Assembly (NCBI GenBank): GCA_903813345.2
Contig: CAIIXF020000001.1
Location: 16,864,001 to 16,928,000, forward strand
Reading direction: 5' to 3'
Source: Owenia fusiformis
Lineage: Eukaryota
DNA length: 64,000 bases
In this document: one piece after another, positions 1-11,287 of the stretch
Numbering within the stretch: position 1 is the stretch's first letter
Layout of the letters: each line of letters opens with the position of its first letter
The notes under the pieces: generated by a model
Database searches by the model: none
The model's input: the letters and a program-made list of their open reading frames with translations, nothing else
What the model was told of the DNA's origin: nothing
Position numbers and translations under genes: made by a program

Positions 1-548
1 CATATGACACACCTGGTGTCAATTTTAGGCTCTAACTGCACAAGAAAGCAGCAGGTTTTCAATCAGATGGTGTCATATTGTTAGGAAATGATTTATCTTT
101 AAAATGATATATAATACATTGCATGGTGTAGCGTTATATCATAATTATGATATTCATCCTTAAACTTGGGTATTGTTTCTTTGCCCGCCCTGTATATGAA
201 TTATTATTGCAGTTACAGTATTTTCCATATGAGCACAAGGGTTACATCATGTGCATGTGTATGAACATTTCATCTGTTTCTAACTTCTTACTTTATGAAG
301 AGATTTGAAGGAAATGTAAATCATGATATTTATTTGGTATATCCCATGAATGTAATCTTTTAAATCATGTTACCTCTATCAAGCAATATTTCAGTTTTGG
401 GTTTCTTTTTTAAGTTTTTATTTCTCAATTTCCATGGCTTAGGAATGCACTTTGTAATTCTTCATCTTTTTCATTTTTCTTTAGTAGGCTCAAAATCAGA
501 ACATAAATCAATTTTGAATTTACAATTTCAAATAGATTGCCACTCTTT

Positions 549-1600
549 TTATTATCCCATCGAACGAAGTTCGGAGGGATATAGGGAACGCCTCCGTCCG
601 TCCGTCCGTCCGTCCGTACATACGTCCGTCCGTCCGTCCGTCCGTCTGTCCGTCCGTCCGGGCAATAACTCAAATACTGTTGGCCCGATTTTGTTCATAT
701 TTTGTACACATATACTCTATGGGGGTAGAAGTTCTGCTCGAAAGCCGATTTTCAAAATGGCCACTCATTTCAAAATGGCGGCCATTTTAGTGCCGATTTT
801 ACAGTAATTTAGGTGTAATATGTAAAACTGTAATAGCAATATGTTTTAAATGTAAAAAAATTATAAAGGACATTAATAATGCTTCAAATGTAGATATTAA
901 AGAAGCACATGGCAGCCATCTTGAAAAATGGCGGCCTTTACTCGTCATTTTACGATTTTTGCTATAACTCAAAAAATAGTGGAGCGATTTTGTTCATATT
1001 TGGTATGTGAATACTATAAGCATTGCACACTGTCTAAAGACACTTTTGGTAGAAGGCGGCCATTTTGAAAAAAATTTTGAAAAATGGCCGCCATTTTAAT
1101 GTATTTTACTATAACTCGAAAAGTAGTGGAGTGACTTTGTTCATATTTGGTATGTGAATACTATAAGCAAGGCACACTGTCTATTTCTAATGACACTTTT
1201 GGTAGACAGTGGCCATTTTGAAAAATGGCCGCTATTTCAACGTATTTTACTATAACTCGAAAAGTAGTGGAGCGATTTTGTTCATATTTGATATGTGAAT
1301 ACTTTAAGCATGGCACATTGTCTAATAAAACTTTGGGGCGTAGTTGGCCATTTTGAAAAATGGCCACCATTTTTATGTGTGCTATTTTACAAGTATGTGT
1401 GCGATTTTTCAAAAATTTTAGAGGTGGCTACTTAAAAGCATATTATTTCTTCTGATGACAACTTGGCTAGTGAGCAATCATTTTGAAAATGGTGGCCTTT
1501 CTGGTGTGTTCTTTTATGATATTTGCTATTCGTTTGTAAAAATGCCAGCCATTTCTGTTCGATGGGATTCGCTACGCTTTGGCGTTGCCGTTGTTCTGGT
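549..1600 (+). mobile_element. Helentron-associated (HINE/DINE-1-like) element, family A, copy 1
   Basis: SubTIR ATCCCATCGAAC / GTTCGATGGGAT, (GTCC)n microsatellite, three ~140-bp tandem units, short 3' stem-loop, T-rich insertion site; near-identical to 17791-18961. Confidence 0.85.
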
Positions 1601-1935
1601 ATGTGCATACTATTGCTGGTGTGCTGTTATGTCTATACATGTTGTATGTATATTGATCTGAGACTAACTTTTTATGATGGTCTCAGATATTGATGCAAAG
1701 AATATTGATTATCTAACTGTGGATGGAAAAAGTATATGCATGTACTGTATTTATTGTAAACCATTATTTCTTCTAGATTTTGCACAAAGAATACTTGTAT
1801 TTAGTTTGAAAATAAGATATATGCCAATGTATGAAATAAAATCAATAGAAAGTAAAGAAAATATGATTTTTGTTAATTTTGTTGTTTAAAACGCAGACAC
1901 TTATCAGCTTGAAAATCAAAACAACAAGTTCAGGA

Positions 1936-2065
1936 TGTCCATTTCCATTTTTATAAAACTAAGCATGTATGTTTATTGAAAACTTAAAACGTATAAAATT
2001 GTCCATTTCCATTTTTATAAAACTAAGCATGTATGTTTATTGAAAACTTAAAAAGTATAAAATTG
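1936..2065. repeat. 64-bp direct tandem duplication
   Basis: GTCCATTTCCATTTTTATAAAACTAAGC... at 1937 and 2001. Confidence 0.9.
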
Positions 2066-2728
2066 TTAATAAAGCTCCATACCTTACATGCCCTAGAACA
2101 TCCAAACTGGATCACTTCCCCAAATCTCAGTAAGGCACTCATGTAGGGCGATCTCTAGGAAGATTTGTCTATGATCCATTCAAAGACAGTTAACAATCAT
2201 TTCCTCTTATTCCTCAAGATGTAAATTTTTGATGGTGTAGGCCAATTCATTCAAAATGGGTAACTAATGCATAGGTCTTTTTTATATTGTGTCAAATTGT
2301 GCAAAATTATGTTAAAAGTACAAAAAAACTGATCATCGTCAGTTAAAACTCGAAGCCTGGGGACCAGGTACACTAATATACAAAGTTCCATTTCCACCCA
2401 GTGATTGGAAGAAACTTAGATACTAAGCAAAAATGAATTTTTTCTACATTTGAAGAAAATGGGTTAATTTGTCAGTATAAATGTCAGAAGTATCTTGGGG
2501 TATGACTGTAAACATAAAAACTTCACCATATGCCTACTGGAACATAGAAGTAGTAGTGACATCTTTATTGGGGCACTTCAATATAATGATTTATATCATA
2601 ATGAAAGAATATCATGTTGAAAATATGCTGGCAGGCTTAAAGTATGAAAAATATTGTGAAAACAAGTATTTCCTTTTGAGTATACAGTACCGATGGTGTA
2701 GAAAATTAACAGATAAGTTTCAAACAAT

Positions 2729-2746
2729 TTTGAATTTCCCGCCAAA
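2729..2746 (-). promoter_or_regulatory. E2F/CDE-CHR tandem element
   Basis: Minus strand reads TTTGGCGGGAAATTCAAA: E2F site, with GGCGG then a 4-nt spacer then TTCAAA (CHR TTYRAA). Confidence 0.55.
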
Positions 2747-2967
2747 ATATCCCCAAAAGTACGCGTGCTTTTTAGCCCACTCCCGAAATTTTAACAATAT
2801 GTTATATGATTCTATTACATCGACAATGGAAATGTTAGTGTATTCTATCGAAAGATGCTGTTTATATTGTCATAATGAGTCAATTGTAGGGGACGCTAGT
2901 GTGCGAACACTTGTTAATAGGCGAAAAGTGCGAAGAAGAGCACCTGCTCGCAAAGTTTTAATTGATC

Positions 2968-2979
2968 TGCGCATGCGCA
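2968..2979. promoter_or_regulatory. NRF1 (ewg/P3A2) palindrome in the MYT1-like promoter
   Basis: Perfect TGCGCATGCGCA in a locally CpG-enriched stretch ~150 bp upstream of the first splice donor. Confidence 0.65.
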
Positions 2980-3049
2980 CAAAACTTTTTCGATTATTAT
3001 GGGATAGAAAAGTTGTGCAGTCTTTGTCCAAAAAGTTTTTGTGCCGCTA

Positions 3050-3124
3050 ATTTCTGACTTTTTAAATATTCAAATGAGCCAAAAGTAGTCAAGAGGGGAA
3101 CCCGGAGGACCATAGAAAAGCTAG
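3050..3124 (+). other. Putative non-coding first exon of the MYT1-like gene (5' end approximate)
   Basis: Strong donor AG|GTAAGA at 3124/3125 downstream of promoter motifs; the next exon starts at 4004 with a short UTR before the ATG. Confidence 0.5.
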
Positions 3125-4017
3125 GTAAGATGCGAGGAGCCAAAGTAGGCGTTTTTCACATAGAAATCTCTGGAAGAAGAGTGCTTTTTTAGGAATTGGA
3201 TTTTTCAGCATTGAAAACTTTGTTGACTGAGATTCTCAATTCATTCAAAGTTCTCAAACTTAAAATGACTGTATTGAGTTGTATAAATACATTGATATTT
3301 TTGAATATATGTCATCTAGAACACGTTTGATTGAATCTGAATATTGAGATTTTCTTGGTTGACGTGTATTTCCTGCATACAAATTGACCTTATTATTGAT
3401 CCATTTTGTTTGAGTTTACTTTGTTGGCAACCATGAATGTATCGACAGATGGCTCAGTATTGGCTTTATCTGTGTTCTGATCAAATACATAGACATTTCT
3501 AATGATGTTACAAATAATCAGTAATGACATATTTTCTATTTGGCCTGTTATAACACATGGCTGAAGTAACGTAAGCCAGGAGACGTAAGTATACTTTCAC
3601 TTTGATGGGACTTTTATGATAAGTAATGATAAGTATAGTATTGATCTTACAATGGGTGATATTAACATTCTTATGTGTAAGTAAAAAGTAACTTTATTAT
3701 TCTTTTCTCCCTCCTAGACTAGAAAAGTGTATTCTGGTTGAAATAATGAGTTGACCCCGGAATGAACAAAGCCTGTGGTTTCCCTAAAAGTGACTTGAAC
3801 ACTTTGTGCATTCGATCACATCTATATTTGTATCACATTTAGTGCGATATGAGTATTTTTGTAGATATATATCGTATTTTAGGTTACTCGGAAGAGAATA
3901 TATTTGGTTCATATGGTATTGATTTTAGAATAACTCTAAACTTGTATTATACTACTTTTTAAAGTTATACTATAGAAGCCTAATAAGTTATGTTTTGTTT
4001 CAGTCCGATCAGCCAAC

Positions 4018-4173
4018 ATGAGCTCTGGGAAGTCTAACCAGAAGCGAACTCCACAGACAAAGCGGAATAAGCTACGGTTTGAAGATGCTATACCAGTGTC
4101 TAAGCGTACTAGACGATCTGGCCCTATTGACACCATTCTGGCTAATGACCCAGTCTTGCCAAAGAACTTCAAG
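4018..4173 (+). CDS. MYT1L: MYT1-like coding exon 1 (MSSGKSNQKRTPQTKRNKLRF...PKNFK)
   Basis: Acceptor tttcag|4004, context ccaacATG at 4018, open frame to AAG|GTAAAT (phase 0), in frame with the 8159 exon. Confidence 0.72.
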
Positions 4174-4209
4174 GTAAATATGGTTTAAAGAAACTTCACT
4201 CTCAATTCA

Positions 4210-4835
4210 CAATAAATCTCTGAACTCACTGAGCCAATCAAAGCTTGTCGTCAAAATATGGACGACTTTCTTATATGTTAATTCCCTCTGACATCATCGC
4301 ATGTAGTATAAGCACATATCTAGTAGTAGTATGTGTTCCTTCCAGCTCACTGATTGGTTGAGAAAAGGTCAGTGTGGTAGGTTTGAAATGTTTTATGACC
4401 CGGGCTGCTCGCAGGCACATGTCATGGGGGCAAGGATGCTAAACATTAATATAGTCTATACTAGAGACAGAGGGTAGTGTGATGCGTGTTTAAAGAGAGA
4501 TGAAACGACGTAAGACTAAATGTTTAAGAATGAGTGAAAAATTGAATACAAAACCACAAGATATCACATAAGATTTTTTTTAAATGTTACCCTGAGTGTA
4601 GAGTTTAGTTTTAAACCAACCTCTGAATAGAATACAGTTAAACAGCATTCAGCAACCCGCCACCACCACTAGTGGCCATCCCAGTCCAGTTCATAAATCA
4701 ACTGAACTCGCTGCACTGATGTTAGCCAATCAGTGAGCAGAAAGAAACATGTTTCAATAACGTTAGAGGAAATGACCATATAAGGTCGTCCCTGTGGTAA
4801 TAACAAGTTCAGCAAGGTCAGAGATTTTGATTAAA
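4210..4835. mobile_element. Old MITE with long degenerate inverted arms
   Basis: AAATCTCTGA..GGACGAC..CTTATATG..CTCACTGATTGGTT (4214-4360) mirrors GCCAATCAGTGAGC..CATATAAGGTCGTCC..TCAGAGATTT (4725-4828). Confidence 0.55.
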
Positions 4836-5157
4836 GAGTTCAGATGACGCCATCTTTTAAGAAGTTAAGTCAAATGAATGCAAAGAATAAGATGTTGAAA
4901 TTAACAAATGATTAGTAGATAATCTAGTTGGTTGGGTCATAAAATGTGTATGTGTTGGACCAGAAGGCGTAACCTTCCCCAAAGATGCCTTAAAGTATCA
5001 TGTATTCGGGCCGAAAGAATTTAAATTTATAAAAAAGGTTTTACTTGAAAGTAGAAATCTTTTCACCTTGTTAATTCCAGTCTACCCTGGTTTATACATC
5101 TCAACTTACTGGATATATCAGTTGTCAATATGTTTGAAAAAAAAAGTTTTGTCATTG

Positions 5158-5475
5158 GATTCAAGGCAAAATTTGATATTTTCATAGTAAAGGTATGGTA
5201 AAGTTCCCTTCTTGAAGGAATTCACTATTATGCCTTAGATTTTGACTTGGATATTGTAACATAAATCAGTAGGTTAATATACTATATATCGTGTATGATT
5301 CTATCAGTTGTAAGTATGATTGGTGGTCAGATTCAAGGCAAAGAAGCTAATATTTCCAAGGTAAAGATCTCTTGGAAGGAATTCACTATTTCGCATAAGA
5401 CTTCGACTCAGATATTGTCACATTAATTGTAATGTTTAGTTCTCAAAAAATCAGTTGGGTAATAAACTATTTATA
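5158..5475. repeat. Diverged ~173-bp tandem duplication
   Basis: ATTCAAGGCAAA...GAAGGAATTCACTATT...GATATTGT..AAATCAGT occurs twice. Confidence 0.65.
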
Positions 5476-8158
5476 AACATAAAAGTGGATTGTCTTCAGT
5501 TGAGTCACTTTAAGGTATATATAGACTGTTGAAGACATGAAGACACCATTTAACAAGACAAAGGTTGTTAGGAGTTGTTATTAATATGGACACATTATTA
5601 CACTAGTATATGACTATGAGGTAGAACATGTGTATGAACATGTGCTTTGTACTAAAAATAAGATGATTAGTAACAAAGTTGAAGCTCAGTTCAAGACAGG
5701 TAAATCATATCATGATGTAAGGGGGGGGGGGTATGTTCTATTATATGAGTGAATACAGTAGTTTAAAACAGGTAAATTATATTGTGATGTAAGTTCGATG
5801 TATTGTTCTCTTATATGAGTGAATACAATAATGTAAACAAATTAAGCTTTTGTTAACACTAAAATAATTTGTTAAAGTCTCTACCTATACAAAGTTATAT
5901 TTTATAGGAAAAACCTTATATGTTATAACTTGACAGAACTTATCAAGGTTACATACAATTTATACTGGATACATAATTATCTTTTTTCATTTGAATAATT
6001 TATGTATTACATGTATATCATGATCCACAGAAAGAGCTTTTTGGTTAGTATGCTCTGGAAATTACACAGTGTGTAAAAATAACCTTAGAAACAATTTATA
6101 TGCAGCGTAATAATAAGATAACAGTCTAACCCAGTGTCACAATTGAGCATGTATTATGCAAGGCATATATAAACTCTGTATATATATTGCATTCTTTATC
6201 AATATGACTTAGGCATCTTCCTATTATGTCTAACTTTAGCTAGATACCAAGCCAATATTACCCCTTTTAGCGAAGGCCAAACAGGTCTGGGTTAATTCAA
6301 TTTACTCACTTTCTGAAGTACGGATCAATACTTTTGGCCACGATTAGTTCAGATGCACTTTGACAGATGGCAGCTTTGTGTAAAACAATTCTATTACTTG
6401 GCACAACCTTTCAAGTTTATTTGTAAATATTTCTCTCTTGTATTCAAATGAATTCAGAATCAGTAAAAATCTGGATTATCTCTTTTCAGAGTTCTAACAT
6501 TTTTTCATAATCATCACATTTATAATTACGGAATATATAAATTTGAAGAATATGACTTTTAATGCTTCATACATACTTATCGGTAATAAGTGATCTAATG
6601 TTAAACAAGATACAATACATACAGTTATTTTGCTAGCCTTACTATTTGAATTAAATTTATTTTCCTCAATAAAATTTCCAAATCTGACCATAAATGGCAC
6701 TAAGTATAAACCATTATGTTGATATTCCCCATTATGTTTTGAAGTTTTCGTATTAATAAATAATCACATGTCATATACAGATGTAGCAACAACGCACTTT
6801 ATTGAAGTTTATTGTGGTGGGTTCCATTATTGATTTTTCAGCCATCTTGAAAAGCATTTGGCACCATGATTAACTGCATACAACTCTTTGAGAGGATTGA
6901 CTGAGACATCTTCAGGAAATTACTTTTGGCCGCAGAGTTTTGAACTATTGCCTGGTTTACTATTGAATACATCGTTGATCTGTAATTTAATTATCAGTTT
7001 ATATCACTGGATACCTCAACAGGGTACTGGCCAGAATTTTGATAGGTTAAAATCAATTACTAAAATCTTGATTGAATTCTACAAAAATCTGGATATTTTG
7101 GAGAAAGTTTCACAATTTCATGCAAATCTAGACATTCAGATTGAGATGCTGCCACCCCCCCCCCCTCCCAAAAGCCTATTAAGCTCAAATGAACTACTCG
7201 TCTGCAAGTTATAACAGAATTTCAGATTACTTCATGAAGTCATTTCAGATTAAAAGTACTAATTCCATCGAAACAATGCCTAAAGCAGATGTTTAGTTTG
7301 TAATGTATTAACTGTTATATGCACTGTAGACTCATTTACACCTTTGGTTTTCAGGTGTATTCATGCTGATTTATCATCTTATACTTAGTAATTACATGAC
7401 AGTCATTCTTGTCTTAATTAATTACTTGAATGTGGTGTGGGACAATACATATAGAATTCACTTGGAGATAATGTTACAATGTTATTGATTGTATTATATG
7501 TGATGATTGGGGTGAATCTGCATAGTCAGACCTACAAACCCTTGTGACACCTCCTCACCCCCCCCCCTAGCTCCTACACACCTGTGGTGTTTAGGAAGTA
7601 GATAGGGCTCCACATTCTTGAATCAAGACTATATAAAAGTAGGGGCTCCTATGGGGTAAGGGGCTATCTAAGGAACATAAGGTAGATCATTGATAAAGAT
7701 GCAAGTTTTGAAATTCCCAAACTAATAATTAAGTGACAAAAATCTACAAGAGAATTAATGGCATAAATACAAGTACAATAGTTGGAGTAATAGAAAAACA
7801 TTTGTATACAGTACAGTGTATTTATGATAACATGTAGATTATAAGGATATACAATTGTATATGTTATTGTAACATTTCAGTAAAAGCAAATATTTTACGA
7901 AAATTACAAATGACAACTCAAGATCATTCAGTGACATGGAAAGCGTAATAAAATTGAGGAACTGTCAAATTGTCATTGACAATAGACAAATTAAATTGTT
8001 GAATTCACTTTATATTCCCTTTAGGAACACAAATGCTCGTTGTATCATTTCAGTTATGTTTTGCTTATCAATCACCTTTCAGGAATCTGTTCATGAACAA
8101 TGTTCTTGCCTTCTTATTTCTCTATATTTTCATAATTTGATGCTCTTTCTAATTCCAG

Positions 8159-9077
8159 GGCTCCAAGGTAGAAACTGGCACTAGAACATCTTCCGCAAGT
8201 AAGCTTAAGTCAACAATTAGTGGAAACGAGTCAACAATCAGCACCCATAATGACACAACTAAAGCTGAGATGCCGCAGAGAAGCCTTACGAGATCAAGAA
8301 AATCTCAAGTAGGGACAGCTTCTCCTAAAGCCATTGAAAAGACAATTCAAGTAGATTCCAATCAATCAAAAGTCTCTCGCCTGACTAAACCAGGTAACGA
8401 TATTAAGGTTAAACCAGTCGCTGAAGTTAAAGCTAAAACGGGCAATGATGTTAAACCTCAGTCAGCAGCCGTCAAGAACAGAGCTAAGGAGGATCCAAAG
8501 AAGATCAACACTCATTCTAATGCTTCGACCACCAAATCAAAGATCCCTCAGCCAATATTTGAAGAATCTCAGGGTTCTGTCCCAAAAGGCAAAGCGGTGC
8601 CAACAACAACACGCGCAATGAGGAAGAAATTAGATGAAGAACAAGCAGTGAATACAAGTCCAAGCCCTGTGAACCAAACAAGGAACAACAGGAGCAAGAA
8701 AAAAGAAGATACCTCCCCTTCTACTCAAGAGAATAACAAGGGGAGTGAATCTACAAAACAGAATGTTGTGAAAAATAAAGGCAGTCCTAGTAAACTTAGT
8801 GGTGGTAATAATGACAGCGAAGAAATACCTGTAAAATTGACGCCAAAGAAAACAAAGGGTAAAAGTTCTCCAAAGAAGAAAAAAGAAGAAAGCAAAAATG
8901 AAAATCCTAAACGAGACAGCATAGATGATAATGTGACAACTCCTGATAAAGATGATCATATTGAGAATCAAGATTGCAGTGATGCCTCTGAGACCTCAGC
9001 TGGTGAGAAGAAACTTGAACCCGATGAGAAAGGTGCTGCAACAGATGAGAATGTTGTTGAAGATGTCGATATGGATG
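8159..9077 (+). CDS. MYT1L: MYT1-like coding exon 2, K/S/T-rich then acidic low-complexity region
   Basis: ttccag| acceptor, contains ORF 8270-9121, donor G|GTGAGT (phase 1). Confidence 0.8.
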
Positions 9078-9567
9078 GTGAGTATAAACTTTTTATTGCA
9101 CAAATTATCACTGAATACTGATGATGGATTTTCCATTTGTATACTTAAAAATATATATATATCCATATTTCATCCTGATTTTTAAATAAAATAATTAACA
9201 AATTAATTTTCAACTTCTGAATTGATTTACTTTTATTTCACTTACAAAACTCAAAAAGGGTCTCAAGATTATTTTATTGAATGTACTTTTCTTGAGAATC
9301 AAAGTTCTACTGATTCTTATTCAGCTGTGTGATTACGATTTATTAGCTCCTTTATCAAATCGAATCCTGCAACTTGTAGAGTTGATATAGCAATTCTTTC
9401 TGTTAATAAATTGGTTGTTGGATTTAATTTAGAAACAATCCAACCAACGACAAGTTAGAAAATAATATCCAATGTCTTGTTTTTGTTGAACTTTAAAAGT
9501 ATTATAAGTGAACTTCTTGTGCTGATAGTGTTGGTAGGCCCATAGGAGATTTTGTCATTGAAATACC

Positions 9568-9937
9568 CAGTGGCGTAGGGTGGGTATTTAGTGAGTGTAT
9601 GCCACGAGTAAGCAAAGCTTTGAGGGGGTTTGGCCTCTCCCCTCACAAGAAAATTTGAAAATGAGATTTAATTTGAAGCGTTCTAAGGCGTTTTAAAATG
9701 CTAAATTCTGACTTATTTGAACTAATAAAATGTAAATTATTGTCCATTTTTATCCAATATTAATTACATGAACCCATTTTTGAATGATGGGATGGCAAAA
9801 TAGGTGCTACTTGGAAATAAAACTTACTTGCATTCGTGATTTTATCGTTTCTAATAACAATTTATATAAAATCAACTTTTCTCTAAACTATGAGAGTATG
9901 CCATGGCCTTTTATGCGTATATGACGCTATGCCAGTG
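9568..9937. mobile_element. hAT-like MITE remnant
   Basis: CAGTGGCGTAG ... CTATGCCAGTG imperfect TIR; no clear TSD. Confidence 0.4.
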
Positions 9938-10466
9938 ATACACCATACCCCAATTGAAAAAACCATTCATCTGTTAATTTTATTATGAATATAAAAGCAA
10001 AAATAGCGCAAAAGATCTGAGTAGGATTTGAGTATGTTGGGCTATAGTCTTTCCTCAACCTCAAACAAGACTGTGTAACCCCCCCCCCCCTCCTATATAC
10101 TTCATCTTCGAGTGTTGGGAAGGTAAAGTATACAAGTCAGCCATTTTGCTATTCAAGAATGTTATTTATCACTCTATAGTCCTCTGTGTCTTGTTATTAA
10201 TAATTATATATGAGTACATCTCCTTGTCAAACTAATTGAGAGATTGTTATTACAGTGAGTTTTTTGTAGTTTTTAAGTCTCATCATGGCACTGTAAAAAG
10301 TTAAAATGGAGAGAAGATGGATATGTTGGTATATATAGTATATTAATTTTTGCTTAAATATATATGACATTTCATATATATTTAAGTTTTTGTCTCCAAG
10401 GAAAAGCCATCTCCAATATATTACATGTTGATCTGCGCTGAAAGTTAATATGTGCACTACAAAATG

Positions 10467-10480
10467 GTAACCATAGCAAC
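10467..10480. promoter_or_regulatory. RFX X-box in the 10.8-kb intron of the MYT1-like gene
   Basis: GTAACC-AT-AGCAAC matches GTNRCC-N(0-3)-RGYAAC. Confidence 0.4.
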
Positions 10481-11150
10481 AGGTATTATGTTGACTGTAA
10501 TTTTGTAATTTGTCACTTGGATCAGGTGTTTGTCTGGGATAGGAAGCAGAACCAATTCATTGAATTATCGAAACATATCCAGTTTTACTTTATTGCATTA
10601 TATTGAGTTTCAATAAAATATGTAAATAACCGGTATTTAATATTTTTGAGAAGTTTTATCAGATGCAATAATAAAAATACATTCAAGTATATAAAATAGG
10701 TATTTCAGAGGTAATTTAATTATTTGATTTTCGGATTGATTATTTTGTGAAGTGCAAGAATTTATTCTTGTAATTACTAAACTTAGAGCTCAGTTTTGTT
10801 TTCATGACAGAATGTAATTCGATTCTCTTGTTGTAAAGTTCTATTAAGCTTAACGTCAACAAGTTGGAAAAAGAGTTAGATTATACTTAACCCTGCTAAA
10901 TGGTGAATCTATCCATCTATACATGTAAGTATTGAGTTAAACTTTGTGACACATCTACATCAGTTAAGTGTGCACATTGATAGATATTCCCATTAAGACT
11001 AAATATAATTATATGTAAATGGAATACATGTATCCAGAGTATAGGATAGAAGGAGTGTTCATATTTTTGTGGTGTTCACTTGTTTTTGCCCTCCAGATCT
11101 TCAACATAAATTACAACATTTTGTGTCATTCTAAAATTTATAAACCAACT

Positions 11151-11287
11151 TTATTATGTCACTACCATGTGGTGACATTGTTATCGTCTCCCAACTTTTT
11201 TTGAAGGTGTCCAGCGATTGGTGTTTGGTTGTAGGTGTCTGTAACAAATGGCAGGTGTGGTGACATTTTGCATGTTAATGCCTTGTT
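11151..11287 (+). mobile_element. Mini-HINE family D (~135 bp)
   Basis: ATGTCACYAC / GTGGTGACAT subTIR, core TCTGTAACAAATGGCAGG, 3' GCATGTTAATGC hairpin, end CCTTGTT. Confidence 0.75.

Noticed and set aside
1-193. Possible right end of a Tc1/mariner element (...GCCCGCCCTG|TA)
   Set aside because: The other end lies outside the window, so it cannot be confirmed.
367-1661. ORFs with RPSV/RTDG repeats and KMAAI motifs (also 17658-17924, 35304-36284)
   Set aside because: Arise from the microsatellites and tandem units of non-autonomous HINE elements.
2481-3050. 189-aa ORF upstream of the Myt1-like gene
   Set aside because: No recognisable domain, intron-like composition, overlaps the promoter motifs; likely chance.
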